The notes under the pieces are model-generated. The model had not been told where the DNA came from and did no database searches. It was given only the letters and a program-made list of their open reading frames with translations. A DNA stretch of 64,000 bases. It comes from Raillietiella orientalis (lineage: Eukaryota). Positions 23,927 through 34,900 of the stretch are shown here, in pieces. Location: positions 558,001 to 622,000 of the forward strand of contig JAYWIR010000041.1 in assembly GCA_036172245.1 (NCBI GenBank). Reading direction: 5' to 3'. Every line of letters starts with the position of its first letter. The stretch's first letter is position 1. Position numbers and translations under genes: made by a program.

Positions 23927-26926
23927 GTAAGCAAGGATGGGGTTATTTTAGAGCCGCGTGGTCCCCAGCGGAGCGCGTGCGTGCCGGATTTTTCTCTCGT
24001 AGCCTGCCCAGGTCCACTGTAAAGATAAGGGGAGTAAGACAATGGAGATGATCCTCCTTCGGACGACTTGGACATCTCTTCCCCGGGGGTCTTTCGCAGT
24101 CGCCGCTGTCCGTGCACGAGCGAGCCGAGAGACGCCGTCCGTTGGTCTCGGAGCTGCTGCGACCCTTAGCAAGCATGGCTCATGAGCGCTCGTCTCTCCG
24201 CTCCGAACCACGTAACGCAGTGGTGTCTCGACTCCCACCCTCAGGTGCCGGAAAGCGGCAACTGGAAAAGGGTCCGGCCCTTCTCCCCGGTGCCATCTCC
24301 TCTCCTCTGTTCCGACACTGCGCGTTAGATGGCAGCAGGTTCTCGGAAAAGAGTCCGGCATGGCTCCCGCCTGCGTGTCGGGACTCGTGAAGTTGCCGTT
24401 TCGGTGCCATGGACATGGTTCCACCCTCGTGACCGTGGAAGCGTAAGGGCGTCCCCCCGAGAGCCCGAGCGGGTGCCGAAATTAAAAAAAAAAAAACACG
24501 CTTGCCATTCGAGGCATGACTCACGGGCACGCCACCGTCGACACTGCAACTTCCGCAGAAATCCAAGTTGATCCTACTGAGAAAGCCCAAGAGAGACCTT
24601 GGTTTCCCTTCTTCCCAGTCAGACCGTGAGCCCGGTCGTCCTTTGACCGTAACGCTCTGCAAACATCTACGAGAGGCTTCCGCAAAAGTCTTTCAGCTTT
24701 AGCTTGTTGAACGCATTTTCAAGGAAACCTGCCGGAAAGAGGAATATGCAACGATGTTCTTGGAAGATGACGGAGCGCCGATCTGCCTTTAAAGGGGCAG
24801 TCCTGGAGTCCCAGGGCAGAGAATAAGAGGGTTGGAGCCCAAAGTTGATTCGGAAAATGAAATTCCTTCTCTCTGGGACGCCAGACTTCAGGCGGGCTGT
24901 TCCCAAGTCGTCCGCGTTGTATTTTTAAGCTCTCTTGTTGCGCGTTCTGCTGATCGCGCGCGCTGACGTCATGCGTCGAAGCCGAGCTTGAGGCACTCCG
25001 GTTCTTTGACTCTCGCTCCACGTCACAACAGGCTGTAGATGAAGTCGCCGGGAACAAAGCTGACCACGACCAGCGCAGGGTCATGGAATCTGGCTGCAGG
25101 AAAGTGAACCAAATCGCAAGATTGCATCTCCCGCCGAAATCTCCGCCCCGTGAGAATGGATTCCTCCCTGCGCCTTTCCCCTCCGGTGCAGAGATGCGCG
25201 CGCCGCGCCGCCTTCGAGGCGCGCGCTCCGTGCACAGGCAGGGAGCGTTGTGACGTCAGCGTGGGCGACCGGCATGGCGCCCAACAATGCAGCCTGAAAA
25301 CACGAAGCGGCGCGCGTGGCTTTCTTTTGGCTTTGTGGCCAAACGTGGAGGAGCGCTGCTCCAACGCGGCTCTCCCTACCGCGTGGAAGCGGTCCGAGGA
25401 GCATCCCGCCTCAGCCGCGCTGTAACCCTGGCAACCGGGCACACGGGAAGACAGACCGAGCCGCAGAAAGTGAGAGTCGTGAGTGAGCTCTCTGCACCCG
25501 GCCCTCCTGCTCGACACCGCCCGAGGACTTGTTGGGAATCCCCGGGGAGTGCGTCGGAGGCGCCAGAAGTGACCTCTGGAAGGTGACCCAAGTGAAGGAA
25601 GAGGCAGCGCGCCGGCAGTATCCTTTCGGGATTCTCCTTCGTGGGAAGAAGGAAGCGAAAAGAGCGGAGACAGGTCACGAGGAAGGCATTTGCAAACGGC
25701 AGGGAGATGCCCTCGAGGCACGCGTTTGCGGGAGCACCCGGGAACCTTAGTGACTCCTCGAACTCCACGGCGATCTGCGGGCGGGAATCCACAGAGCTTC
25801 CTCTGTCTTCATCCCGTACTCAGCGCGACATCGCTCAGCGTACCTTGCCGCCACCGTGCCCCAAGTTCAGGAGCGTCGGCGAGCAGGGTGCGGTCCGCGC
25901 CTAGGGCCGCTGCTCTCCTAGCAGCTTCCTTCCCGGTGGATTTTTGACGCGGTCACGGCGAAGGAGTGAAAGAGGAAGGGGGGGAGAAGGAAGATAGAGG
26001 GAGTGAACGCATTGGTCGCGTGACAACATCGGGCCGGAGATTCTTCCAAACACTTCCGGCTTTCTTTTCCCGCGCTTCCCAGCCGGTCTCGTCGACGCGT
26101 AGGCGGAGGTCAGCTTCCCTACTCTCGTTCGGCACTCCGCAGGGAAGGACCCCAGACCTTCCGGAGATTTGCAGGCTGCGGCCTCCCGGGTGGTACGATC
26201 GTCCGCAGATCGAACTGCATGGGGAGTGCATCCCAGAGCGTACGGACTCCGTAGTGTGACCTCGCTGTAGCCCTAAGGCGAGGCGCGAGGACGGTCTATG
26301 AGAGAGCATCACCCCATCCTCCCTTCATTCGAAGGATTGCGGAGTTTGCAGGGAGGCACGAGGAGGAGGGAGGGCAGGGCAGGCCCACACGGATCACCAA
26401 TCAGGAAGAGGCTGCACCCTCCGGCTGGGTGTTCCGCAGAGGCAGAGGTCAACACGCGACAAGCAAAGAAACGGGAAAGCAGGCCGCAGTGGTGAAGTCA
26501 CTGGGAGGAGGAAGCAGCCGAAAGGAAAGGTCTTGCGCGGGACGCTCAAGGCAAGATACCACCTGGAGGGGGCCCTCCTGGACTTGCCCAGCTGCTCTGC
26601 GACGCCCCCTCGATGACCAGGGCTTTCCTGATCCCGACGGAAGCCACGGCAACTGCAGCGCATCTGCATCCCCGCCCCTTCCTCGGCCGCTGGTCCAACT
26701 CCATTCGTGTCCCCCGTCTCCCTCGTCTTCTCGCCTCCGTCTTCCTCCTCCACGCTCTTTCTCTCGGTCTCCCAGATGGTCTTCCGTCTTCCACCGGGTT
26801 AGGGGTTCGGAATTGGTCCCAAGCAAGCACGCCCCCTCCTTTGTCTATTCCTTCGCAGCCAGGGAGGAAGGGGTGGTCAGACCTCAGCTCCCCACCAGCA
26901 CCCAGCTTACCGTTGTCTTCTTGCAG

Positions 26927-27541
26927 GTGAAGATCTGGTTCCAGAACCGGAGAAGCAAATACAAAAAAATCATGAAGGCCACCCAAGGAGGGAGTCATGG
27001 CCCACCGCCCCCTCCTCCGCCGCCGCCGCCGCCGCCGCGACAGCAGCAGCAGCCGGAGGGCGTCGCCAACCCCTCCGGAGGCGGCAACGGTGGCCACTCG
27101 CAGGGTATGGAGGGCGGCGGCGTGGGGGCGCATGGCCAGGGCGCGTCCGCCAGGGCTGACTCGTCGCCGCGGGGCCTGGTCAGAAGCCCCCAAGGCGTCA
27201 CCGTCAACGGCCACTACCTGCCTCCGGCGAAGGCCGGCTCTCCGAAGGCCTCTGCTGCTGCCGCAGCCGCAGCCGCGGGGGCGCTGCTGTCCCCTCCGAC
27301 CTCGTTCCTCTGCCTGCAGATGGAAGGGGCTCACCCTCAGGGTGCCGGCATGGGCGCTCCGAGCCCTAGCATGGTGGCACCGTCGCCCCCCGTGTCGATG
27401 CCGCCCTCGTGGAATTCCATCGATCTGAAGCCAAACATCATCCCTATGGCGAACCACTACATGTCTCAGTACCCCTGGTACGCCCAGGGCGACCCTACCC
27501 TGCTGCCCCCCCATCACCAGACATTCCTGCACAAGTGCTAG
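26927..27541 (+). CDS. Dll: Distal-less coding exon 3 (VKIWFQNRRSKYKKIMK... to TAG)
   Basis: Acceptor gttgtcttcttgcag|GTG (phase 0). Encodes the recognition helix WFQNRRSK, Pro12 and Ala8 tracts, and a C-terminal SW..DLK...YMSQYPWY motif typical of arthropod Dll. Stop at 27539-27541. Total CDS is 1074 nt, 357 aa. Confidence 0.95.
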   Translation: MKIWFQNRRSKYKKIMKATQGGSHGPPPPPPPPPPPPRQQQQPEGVANPSGGGNGGHSQGMEGGGVGAHGQGASARADSSPRGLVRSPQGVTVNGHYLPPAKAGSPKASAAAAAAAAGALLSPPTSFLCLQMEGAHPQGAGMGAPSPSMVAPSPPVSMPPSWNSIDLKPNIIPMANHYMSQYPWYAQGDPTLLPPHHQTFLHKC

Positions 27542-27662
27542 CGGGCGCTGCCCTGCCCGTCCCCGCTCATGCTGTGATCGAGGAGGGCGGGCCGAGCGGG
27601 GCGCCCCTACCCCGCCCCGCCACACCTCCCGCGGGCGTCCCCGCAACCAGAGAGGAAAGTGC

Positions 27663-27801
27663 AATAAACTCTCGGGAGACGTCCTGCGCCCGCGGGCCCC
27701 CCGGCAGAGGCGCCCCGCGCGACCCTCGTTTTCCCGTTTCCATAGTTGCCACGATTATTTTTGTATTTTGGCGAATAACGAATACGGAAAATGGCAATAA
27801 A
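27663..27801 (+). other. Candidate Dll polyadenylation signals
   Basis: AATAAA at 27663-27668 and 27796-27801, about 120 and 255 nt after the stop. The real 3' end could be further downstream. Confidence 0.45.
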
Positions 27802-30344
27802 AGCAATTGAAAGTGCAGCACCTCCCGGAGGCAAAGTCCCAGAGTCCCGGAAGCTTCCCCGTCCTCCCAGACGAGGTGCTCCCCATCTGCCTCCGCTTCC
27901 GTGGGCGTTTCCAAAACTCTGTGCCTTGTCCTCGTCCTCTCGGTATTCCTCTTCCCGCTTTTCTTCTTCCTCTTGTTCTTCTCCTTCATTTTTTCTTCGT
28001 CTCGGTATTCCTCCTGTATCTCTTGCCCGCGGCGAGTCCTCCCGGCGGATTTCCGCACACGAGGACTGCCTAGCAGCGAGTTCTTCCCCCTTCCTCGCTT
28101 CTCTATGCTCCACTCCCGCCCAACTCCCGGCTACACGTCTTCCCGTGGTTGTGACCCATAGTCCGAGTGCCTTACGCGGTCTGATGCCGAGCGGTCGGTA
28201 AAGTGGTCGCTTCCCTCTCTTCTTTTGTTCCAGAAGGAGCAGTTCATACGGAGGCCTTCCCAAGAAAGTGGTTTGTCGACCTATTGCTGCTGTCACGGGG
28301 TGTGCCGGCGAGTTCGCGCCGTGACCTCGTTGCCGCGAGGTAGCAGTGAACTCCCGAACGTGGATCAGGTCAGCACTCTTGCCGCACGGTCAAGTTTCAT
28401 TGGGCCTGTAGCTGCGACGGCGAACGCGGGCCTTCCCAGTGGCATGAAGGCAGGAACTGGGGCAGGATGCTCAAGGATCAGGAAGGTGGAACCTCTGAAG
28501 GACCTACTTTCGACAGCCCACGATTCGTTGGTCCCCCCGGTCAGAACCGCGAACTTTCCTATGTGCTGATCTTGATCGTTCATGGTCGCCATGCCTATCA
28601 CCTCTCTCGCTTCGGGCGGGCCTGCTCTCCTCACGCCTCTGTCACCGTGATCCCTGCTTCTTTCCCTTCCTTCAGGAGCTTTTAGGGGGATGCCGTTCTG
28701 AAGACGAGTCCTTCGACCCCGCTGGCTGGCTTTTCTCTGGTCGCCGTCCAATCCGCGCCATTCTGCCGTCTCCCGCCGCCCGCTCTGCAGCACACCCGGG
28801 ACGCACGCAGCTACTGCATCCCCACATCGGCACGTCCCTCTGAGCCAGGTGCAGGAGGAGGATCTGCGTCCCGCTGGAGCCACATCTCCCTCGGCGGTGT
28901 GTTCTGAGAGGGCGATCACTCTGTGAGACGGCCACTGCCCTGAGAGTATGGCGGCGCGAAGAGTCAGGCCCTTTCTGCGTAGCCTCATCTTAGCTTGCAG
29001 CGCGCGTTCTTCCCTCGAGGGCGCGCTTCCACGAGGTGACCGAGCGATTGAGTCCTGTTCCAGGAGACTTCACTCTGCGACTTTCCCTCCGCCACCGACG
29101 CTCGGGGCGCCACTGAAGAACCGCCTTCTTGCGCTCGGCGGTCGCGACTTTAGATCGCCATTCCGAGGGTTCGTTGCTTTTCCTGAAAGTGGACGAGCGG
29201 CTGCTGCAAGAAAAGTTCTTGCGTCCACAGAAAGCTTGCGGTATTCGCCACTCTTCTATGGGAAACGACCGAGTACACATTCCAGGTCATTCCATGATCA
29301 GGGCATCGCTGCTTTGAAATTTCGTGCTTTTTTTTTTAAAAAAAGAAATGAAAAAAAAAAAAGTACCCAACCTTCGTGTCCTGCAGGCATTTAAGAGCCA
29401 ACGATGCGATGTGGAATTCCCGTTGGGTCTGCCCAGTGACCAGCCGGTTTTGCTCACTTCGCGATGGTAGGGGTCACTCGAACGATGAGGCGTTTACGAG
29501 ATCTCGCGCTTTGCGGACGGCTGATCTCGGGTCTCCGAGAGCTCGTTCTGTTAAGATCGAATCTTCGATCGTTAGCGACAGCTCATTCGAAGGTTTCTTG
29601 TCCAGAGGGCCAACGCTGCTCGTGAGGAGCCAACCCATGGCGCACGCCGCCGCTAAGAGAGGGTGCCTTCTGTGGCAAACGGCTCCAAGCCCGCGCCGTG
29701 CTTTGGGACTTGCGGTGCTCCGGCTGGGTGCCAGCCTTCTCCACGATGGCCTCCGGGCCGGACATCTTACGACCGCGTTCCCAGCGAGCAGCAGTCGCCA
29801 ACCTCCCTGGTCGCAACGTAGGCGTGGCTCATTGGCAAGCTGCCACTGAAGCTCTTGAACGCACTTCCGACCGGGTTCCTGAAATGCATCTGCTCGGTGG
29901 CGGCATTGTGGCTCCAGCAATGCGCCTCTTAGGCGTGGTGCGCGAAAAGAGGCTCTCGGGGCTTGGATAGGGAGTGTTTGCCAGTGGTCTGCAAAGGTCC
30001 TGTGACGGGGCATCCGGGAGCAAGCGGCGGCTCGCCTCCTTCATCCCCTGATTCCGGAGGAAGACGCCCGCCCGGCAGACGGGGACGCACCTCTTGGGTG
30101 ATCTAAGAACGTGGGAGATTTCCGCGTCCTTGGACGGCAACTGGCACTAGTCGGTGTACTCACCGGACTGCAACTTCCAGGAGCTTTCGGGTGAGACTGG
30201 AGAGTACCGCAACCTCTTCGTTTCAGGATTTACGCAGCTTCCGGCTATGGGATTCCTTCGAGCCGAGTTCAAAGCTCAGCAAGAGCAGGCTTTGTCCATC
30301 CCGGAGAGACCTTCCTTGAGGAATGGGGAGCCGCCGGTGGGAGA

Positions 30345-30665
30345 GCAGAGGGTTTCCCGTTCGTCGTCCGTGGCAACAGCGGCGGGACCGAGCTGCGAGG
30401 CGCACCCAAAGGCTGCACGCGCGGACGTCTCCCGCCGAAGAAGGGGGAGGGGGAGGAATAGGGCGCTCCAGGTTGTGCCAACGAGAGGGAAATCATCGCC
30501 GGCCAGCGAGCCCGGACGAAAAGGCGTTGGGAAGTGACTGCCGCGATGGGCGCAGCGTGTATCCGCGAGCACCCACCGGCGGCATCGGCGGCTCGAAGGG
30601 AACAGACGGGAGGCTGGGCATCCCCGTCACCAAGTCCGCGCCCGCGCAACACAGCACGAACAGCT
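30345..30665 (-). repeat. Dispersed repeat family B copy
   Basis: Reverse complement of 18828-19147. Confidence 0.75.
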
Positions 30666-30719
30666 CCAGAAGGCCTGTAGGGAGGGCAGCTGATCCGTCC
30701 AGGAGCGTTTGCAATTTAG

Positions 30720-31095
30720 ACCCATTCCTCTGGAGGGAGCAGCGCTCTTCTTGGACACTCTAGAGAGGCTCCTTGATCCACCAGCTCCATGATACGCGAT
30801 GGAGGGCCCACCCTCGCCCAGGGGGGGACGGCTCCCTTTTCGCAAGCGGAGGGAACCCTGAAAGGCTCCTCGATGTCCTGGAAGGTCGACTTCCAATCCC
30901 AGCCTGTCAACGGGGGCATCTGGCTTTCGCTGACGCCGCACTCGAAGCCCACAGGCCACAGCGTCATCTCGCGGAGGAGACTCGAAACCTGCGACACACC
31001 CCTCATTCCTCCGACGTCGATCCTAGATCACTCCAGTGGGATTCGAATCCGCGGCGCTTGGCTCCACGAGACCGCCAACGAGGCCTCCTCTTCAG
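30720..31095 (-). mobile_element. SINE-like family A, 5' part
   Basis: gaaggtcgacttccaatcc...cagcgtcatctcgcggaggagactcgaa...gggattcgaatccgcg. Confidence 0.6.
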
Positions 31096-31543
31096 GCCGC
31101 AGAATGGGTTTTTGAACGCTGCTAGGAAGGCACGAAGAGTTCGGTTCGGGCGGCGGTGTGGGAGCCACCGCGAGGCAAGTGACGACGGACCTTTTGTTTC
31201 AAGAGTGCTTGCGGGTGGGGTTCGGGAGCTTCCAGAGGATCCTTCCTGGCGCGAAGAGCGACTGCGTCGAGAACTTCCGATCTAGGAAAAGAGGTGCTGC
31301 CTTTAGGAACGGGAAAATCGCACAGATGGACTCAGATGCTGCTATGGAAACCTGCCCGGTTATCGATTAGATGACGTGTATGTGCATGGATGCACACGCG
31401 CGCGCTCACGCGTCAGTCCACTTCCGGTTCGCTTGGAGCGGTGCCGGTTGACACACTGGCACTCTCCTCCTGGCTACATGAATCCTTTCCCTGGGTCACC
31501 CAGACAAGGGGAGTACCCTCCTCCCTGCTAGGATTGAGGTGGA

Positions 31544-33566
31544 GCCAAAGCTCGTTCGATTTCCCGAGGAAGCCACTTCTATCGAAAACGTTCGGACGGT
31601 TCGTGGACTCTCGTGGACAGGGGTGGGGGTCGCGAGTTCCGGTTCTCCCGCGCCCGCAGGGAATATCTTTTCGCCGTCTCCCAAGAACCGCGCACCCTCG
31701 CGTTCTCGCGGTGTCAGCAAACATGGTCCAACCTTGGTCGCAGGGCCATCTTCAGTGCTCAGTCTTCCATCCACGGCTGAGGTTCCCTGTCTTGCCAGCA
31801 ACTTCTACGTGGGTGACGCGCAAGGGAAAGACACCCCCCTTCCTGAAACGAGGGCGGGTGTGCAGAAACGTCATCGAATCAGGTGAGATTGGGTTGTCCA
31901 GTTCTCCCTCTGGTGCTTCTTTCTTTCTCCTAATAGCAGACTCTATCTTCAGTTTTTTTTTTTTTTTTTTTTTCCTTTTCCTACACGAAGCCATCCCGCA
32001 TAGAGTGCGCAGCTCTCACGGATTCTGCGCCCTATCTTTCACCTCGTTTTCAGTCACTTCGCGGCGTCCGCGCTTACACGTACCGATCTGCAGCCACCGC
32101 CCGCAGGCCGCGATGTGTTCACTGCGTTATTGCCGTCACGCATGGGGATAACGCACGATACCGGGAAGGGTGGGTGGCAAGGCCGAATGTGCGCACACGG
32201 AACCGCGCAGTTCCATGGAAACAGCGGAATGGGGATTGCGAAGAACATGAGTCTCTCGGACAGGCGGGCGCGCTCGATGGACCCGCACGCCCGATGGCTA
32301 TCTTTGGGTCAATTGATCCACAGAGCATTGCAGGGCTGATGGACCGCGTTAAACGAGGACTGTCGCGTTATAAGGAATCGCGTTGCATGGGAATCTGCTG
32401 CATTCTCTGAGAGCGGTCTTCTTCCACAGAACATTATACAGACTTCTTCTCTGGGCAGGAGGCTGCGTAGAAATTTTTCACACATCACGCCAGAGTGGGC
32501 GTCCGAGTGCTTCCGACCTCCGCCTTCCTATTCTGCAGGTGCGCGTGTGCATGCGTCTGTGCATTTTCTTATGTATATGTGTGCATATGCATGCACACGC
32601 ATGTATACGTGTTGGTGCACGTTGCTCCGGACTTCATGGTGAAGACGTGATTTCATCAAGAAGGGTCACGAATTGGAACGCGTGGAAAAGTCGTTTTCGT
32701 GACGCTACGTGTGCGTGACTTGTGGAGAACATCCGTGGCCCTGCATGTTGGTCACCTGGAAGACGCGGGGGTTCCTACGCCTTTTTCTGGGCGAATGTGG
32801 GAAATCCAGGGAAATCGGTTCCCCCCCCCCCCCTTGTTCCGACTGGTGCATGTAATCACGTGGCATTCCTCTTATCGTGTCGAAGGTCCCGCCCAGAGAA
32901 GTCGGGCCAGGGGGCCGTCGCGCGCCAGGAGCAGAAAATCATCGGAAGGAAGCCAAGACACGAGCAAACTTTTCCTTTTTTTTTTTCTCAAATGGACTGG
33001 ATGGAAACAAACCACCCGTGCAAGAGTAAACCACGAAGTGCAAGAAGTGCGAGGAGGAAAACCTCCCTCAGAGTGTACAACAGACCTCAAAGGAGTGAAG
33101 AATGCTGAATTTCTATTCCACCGTCCACCGATTCTGCGCGACCGCGTTTGGTACCCGAGACCTGAAGATGGCTCCGCGACCGAGGTTGCATCATCTTTGC
33201 TAGCCCCCGAGAAGTGCGCGAATTCCGCCTGATTCAGTGACGTTTCTGCACACCCGCCCTCGTTTCAGGAAGGGGGGTGTCTTTCCCTTGCGCGTCACCC
33301 ACGTAGAAGTTGCTGGCAAGACAGGGAACCTCAGCCGTGGATGGAAGACTGAGCACTGAAGATGGCCCTGCGACCAAGGTTGGACCATGTTTGCTGACAC
33401 CGCGAGAACGCGAGGGTGCGCGGTTCTTGGGAGACGGCGAAAAGATATTCCCTGCGGGCGCGGGAGAACCGGAACTCGCGACCCCCATCCCTGTCCACGA
33501 GAGTCCACGAACCGTCCGAACGTTTCGATAGAAGTGGCTTCCTCGGGAAATCGAACGAGCTTTGGC
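31544..33566. repeat. Long inverted repeat: arms 31544-31883 and 33228-33566, spacer ~1.34 kb
   Basis: The arms are reverse complements over ~340 bp, with only about 3 small differences seen by eye. Confidence 0.9.
32305..32450 (+). repeat. Short dispersed repeat (second copy at ~33770-33910)
   Basis: tgatcca.agagcatt.cagg...atggac.gcgttaaacgaggact...atctgctgca...catacagacttcttct is shared. Confidence 0.65.
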
Positions 33567-33925
33567 AACACCCAGATCTTCCACGAACAACATGAGCTTC
33601 CCAGATAACAACCAAGGGAAATAATTCATGTATCAGAAAGAGAGAGAGAGAGAGAGAAAACAAGCAGCAAGAATGTATCTTCTTGCACCATTCCATTCGC
33701 GAAAATTTGACCAGAACAGAAATTCAACCTTCTTCACCCTTTTGGGAAGCGACCTAACTACCACGGAATCGAAACTGATCCAAAGAGCATTACAGGAAGG
33801 ATGGACAGCGTTAAACGAGGACTCGCTTTATAGGGAAGGGCAGGCATCTGCTGCACACTCTGGGAGTGGTCTACCTTCTTGCGCAGCACATCATACAGAC
33901 TTCTTCTTCGTGAATAACTTTCAAC

Positions 33926-34900
33926 GGGATGGTGGAAATCCTTTTGGGTTCTTCTTCGTCTTCGCTGTTTTTTTCCCTTGCAGCATTTTTTTTTCAGTTT
34001 TTTCAGGTTTTCGCTTTTTTGGTTCGCTAAGTACCTCAAGAGCCGGTCGCATGCCTCGCGGCGCACGTGGCTCTTTAATACTGTTCCACACCACCCACGG
34101 AGGGTGCGTGTTATCCTTCAAGATAGGGGGCTCCCCGGCAGGGGAGGTCCGCCCTATGAATCCAGGAAGGCTTGGGAGTCCGTTTCTCTCAAGCCTGGGG
34201 AGGGATCCCTACGGATCGCACCTCCCGCGCTGGTTGTCTCCGAAGGGGAATCCAGAAGAGAATCTCCTTCCTCATTCTCTTCGGAGGGATCCCACCGGAA
34301 GGGGGGGTCCTCTCCGTTTCATCTTCTCCGAAGGGAACCCGCAAAGGATCCGCTAGTAGGAATTTCTTCTCTGGAGGGAATGGGAACCGCTCCTATTCAC
34401 TCCTCTGAAGAGAACCCCGAAGGGACGCTTCCGAAATTCAGAAGGGGCTCTGCAGCTTCTCGCACGGGGATCGCTCTCGCTTGCTTCCTTGCACTCTTCT
34501 GGAGAGGCAGCGACTCAGAGGGTCCCCCTGCAGCCGGGGCGGATCCGCTCCTGGAGACAACTGTAAAGGTGCCTGTGAAGGCTCCTGATCTATCTTGAAA
34601 CCAAAGGGGTCCCCCCAGTGAGGGGGGTCCGCTCTCCGTTGCACGACCGAGGGGGAACTCCCCATTCCCTGATCCCTGGAAGGACCCGAAGATCGGCTCC
34701 CATTGCTCCGACCGTCATCGGGGGCCTCCGGCTTAAGAGGCCACCGGTGCCATACCCGAATATCTCGACCAACCAGCGCCATTGCAGGAGAAACTCGGAA
34801 CCCAACGACTCAGTGGCGTCAGTTTCCGCCGGAGTATTCGAACCCGCGACGCATGGTAGCACACGCAGAGGCCTTAACCACAAAGCCTCCGACGCCGACA
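33926..34900 (-). mobile_element. tRNA-headed SINE-like element, family A (best-preserved copy)
   Basis: The minus strand begins GGAGGCTTTGTGGTTAAGG...GGGTTCGAATAC (A- and B-box-like). The body has internal GAAGGGAA-CCC subrepeats and aligns nearly end to end with 39102-40055. Confidence 0.75.

Noticed and set aside
27104..27319. Small intron in exon 3 using G|gtatgg
   Set aside because: A phase-1 donor with a phase-0 acceptor would frameshift the conserved C-terminus.
26546..27664. 372-aa antisense ORF over Dll exon 3
   Set aside because: A shadow of GC-rich codon usage with no independent homology.
34140..34450. Spaced subrepeats resembling a CRISPR array
   Set aside because: Degenerate, irregular and internal to a SINE in eukaryotic DNA, with no cas genes.
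34825..34900. tRNA gene calls at GGTTCGAA motifs
   Set aside because: There is no full cloverleaf and each motif is attached to the same repeat body, so these are SINE heads.
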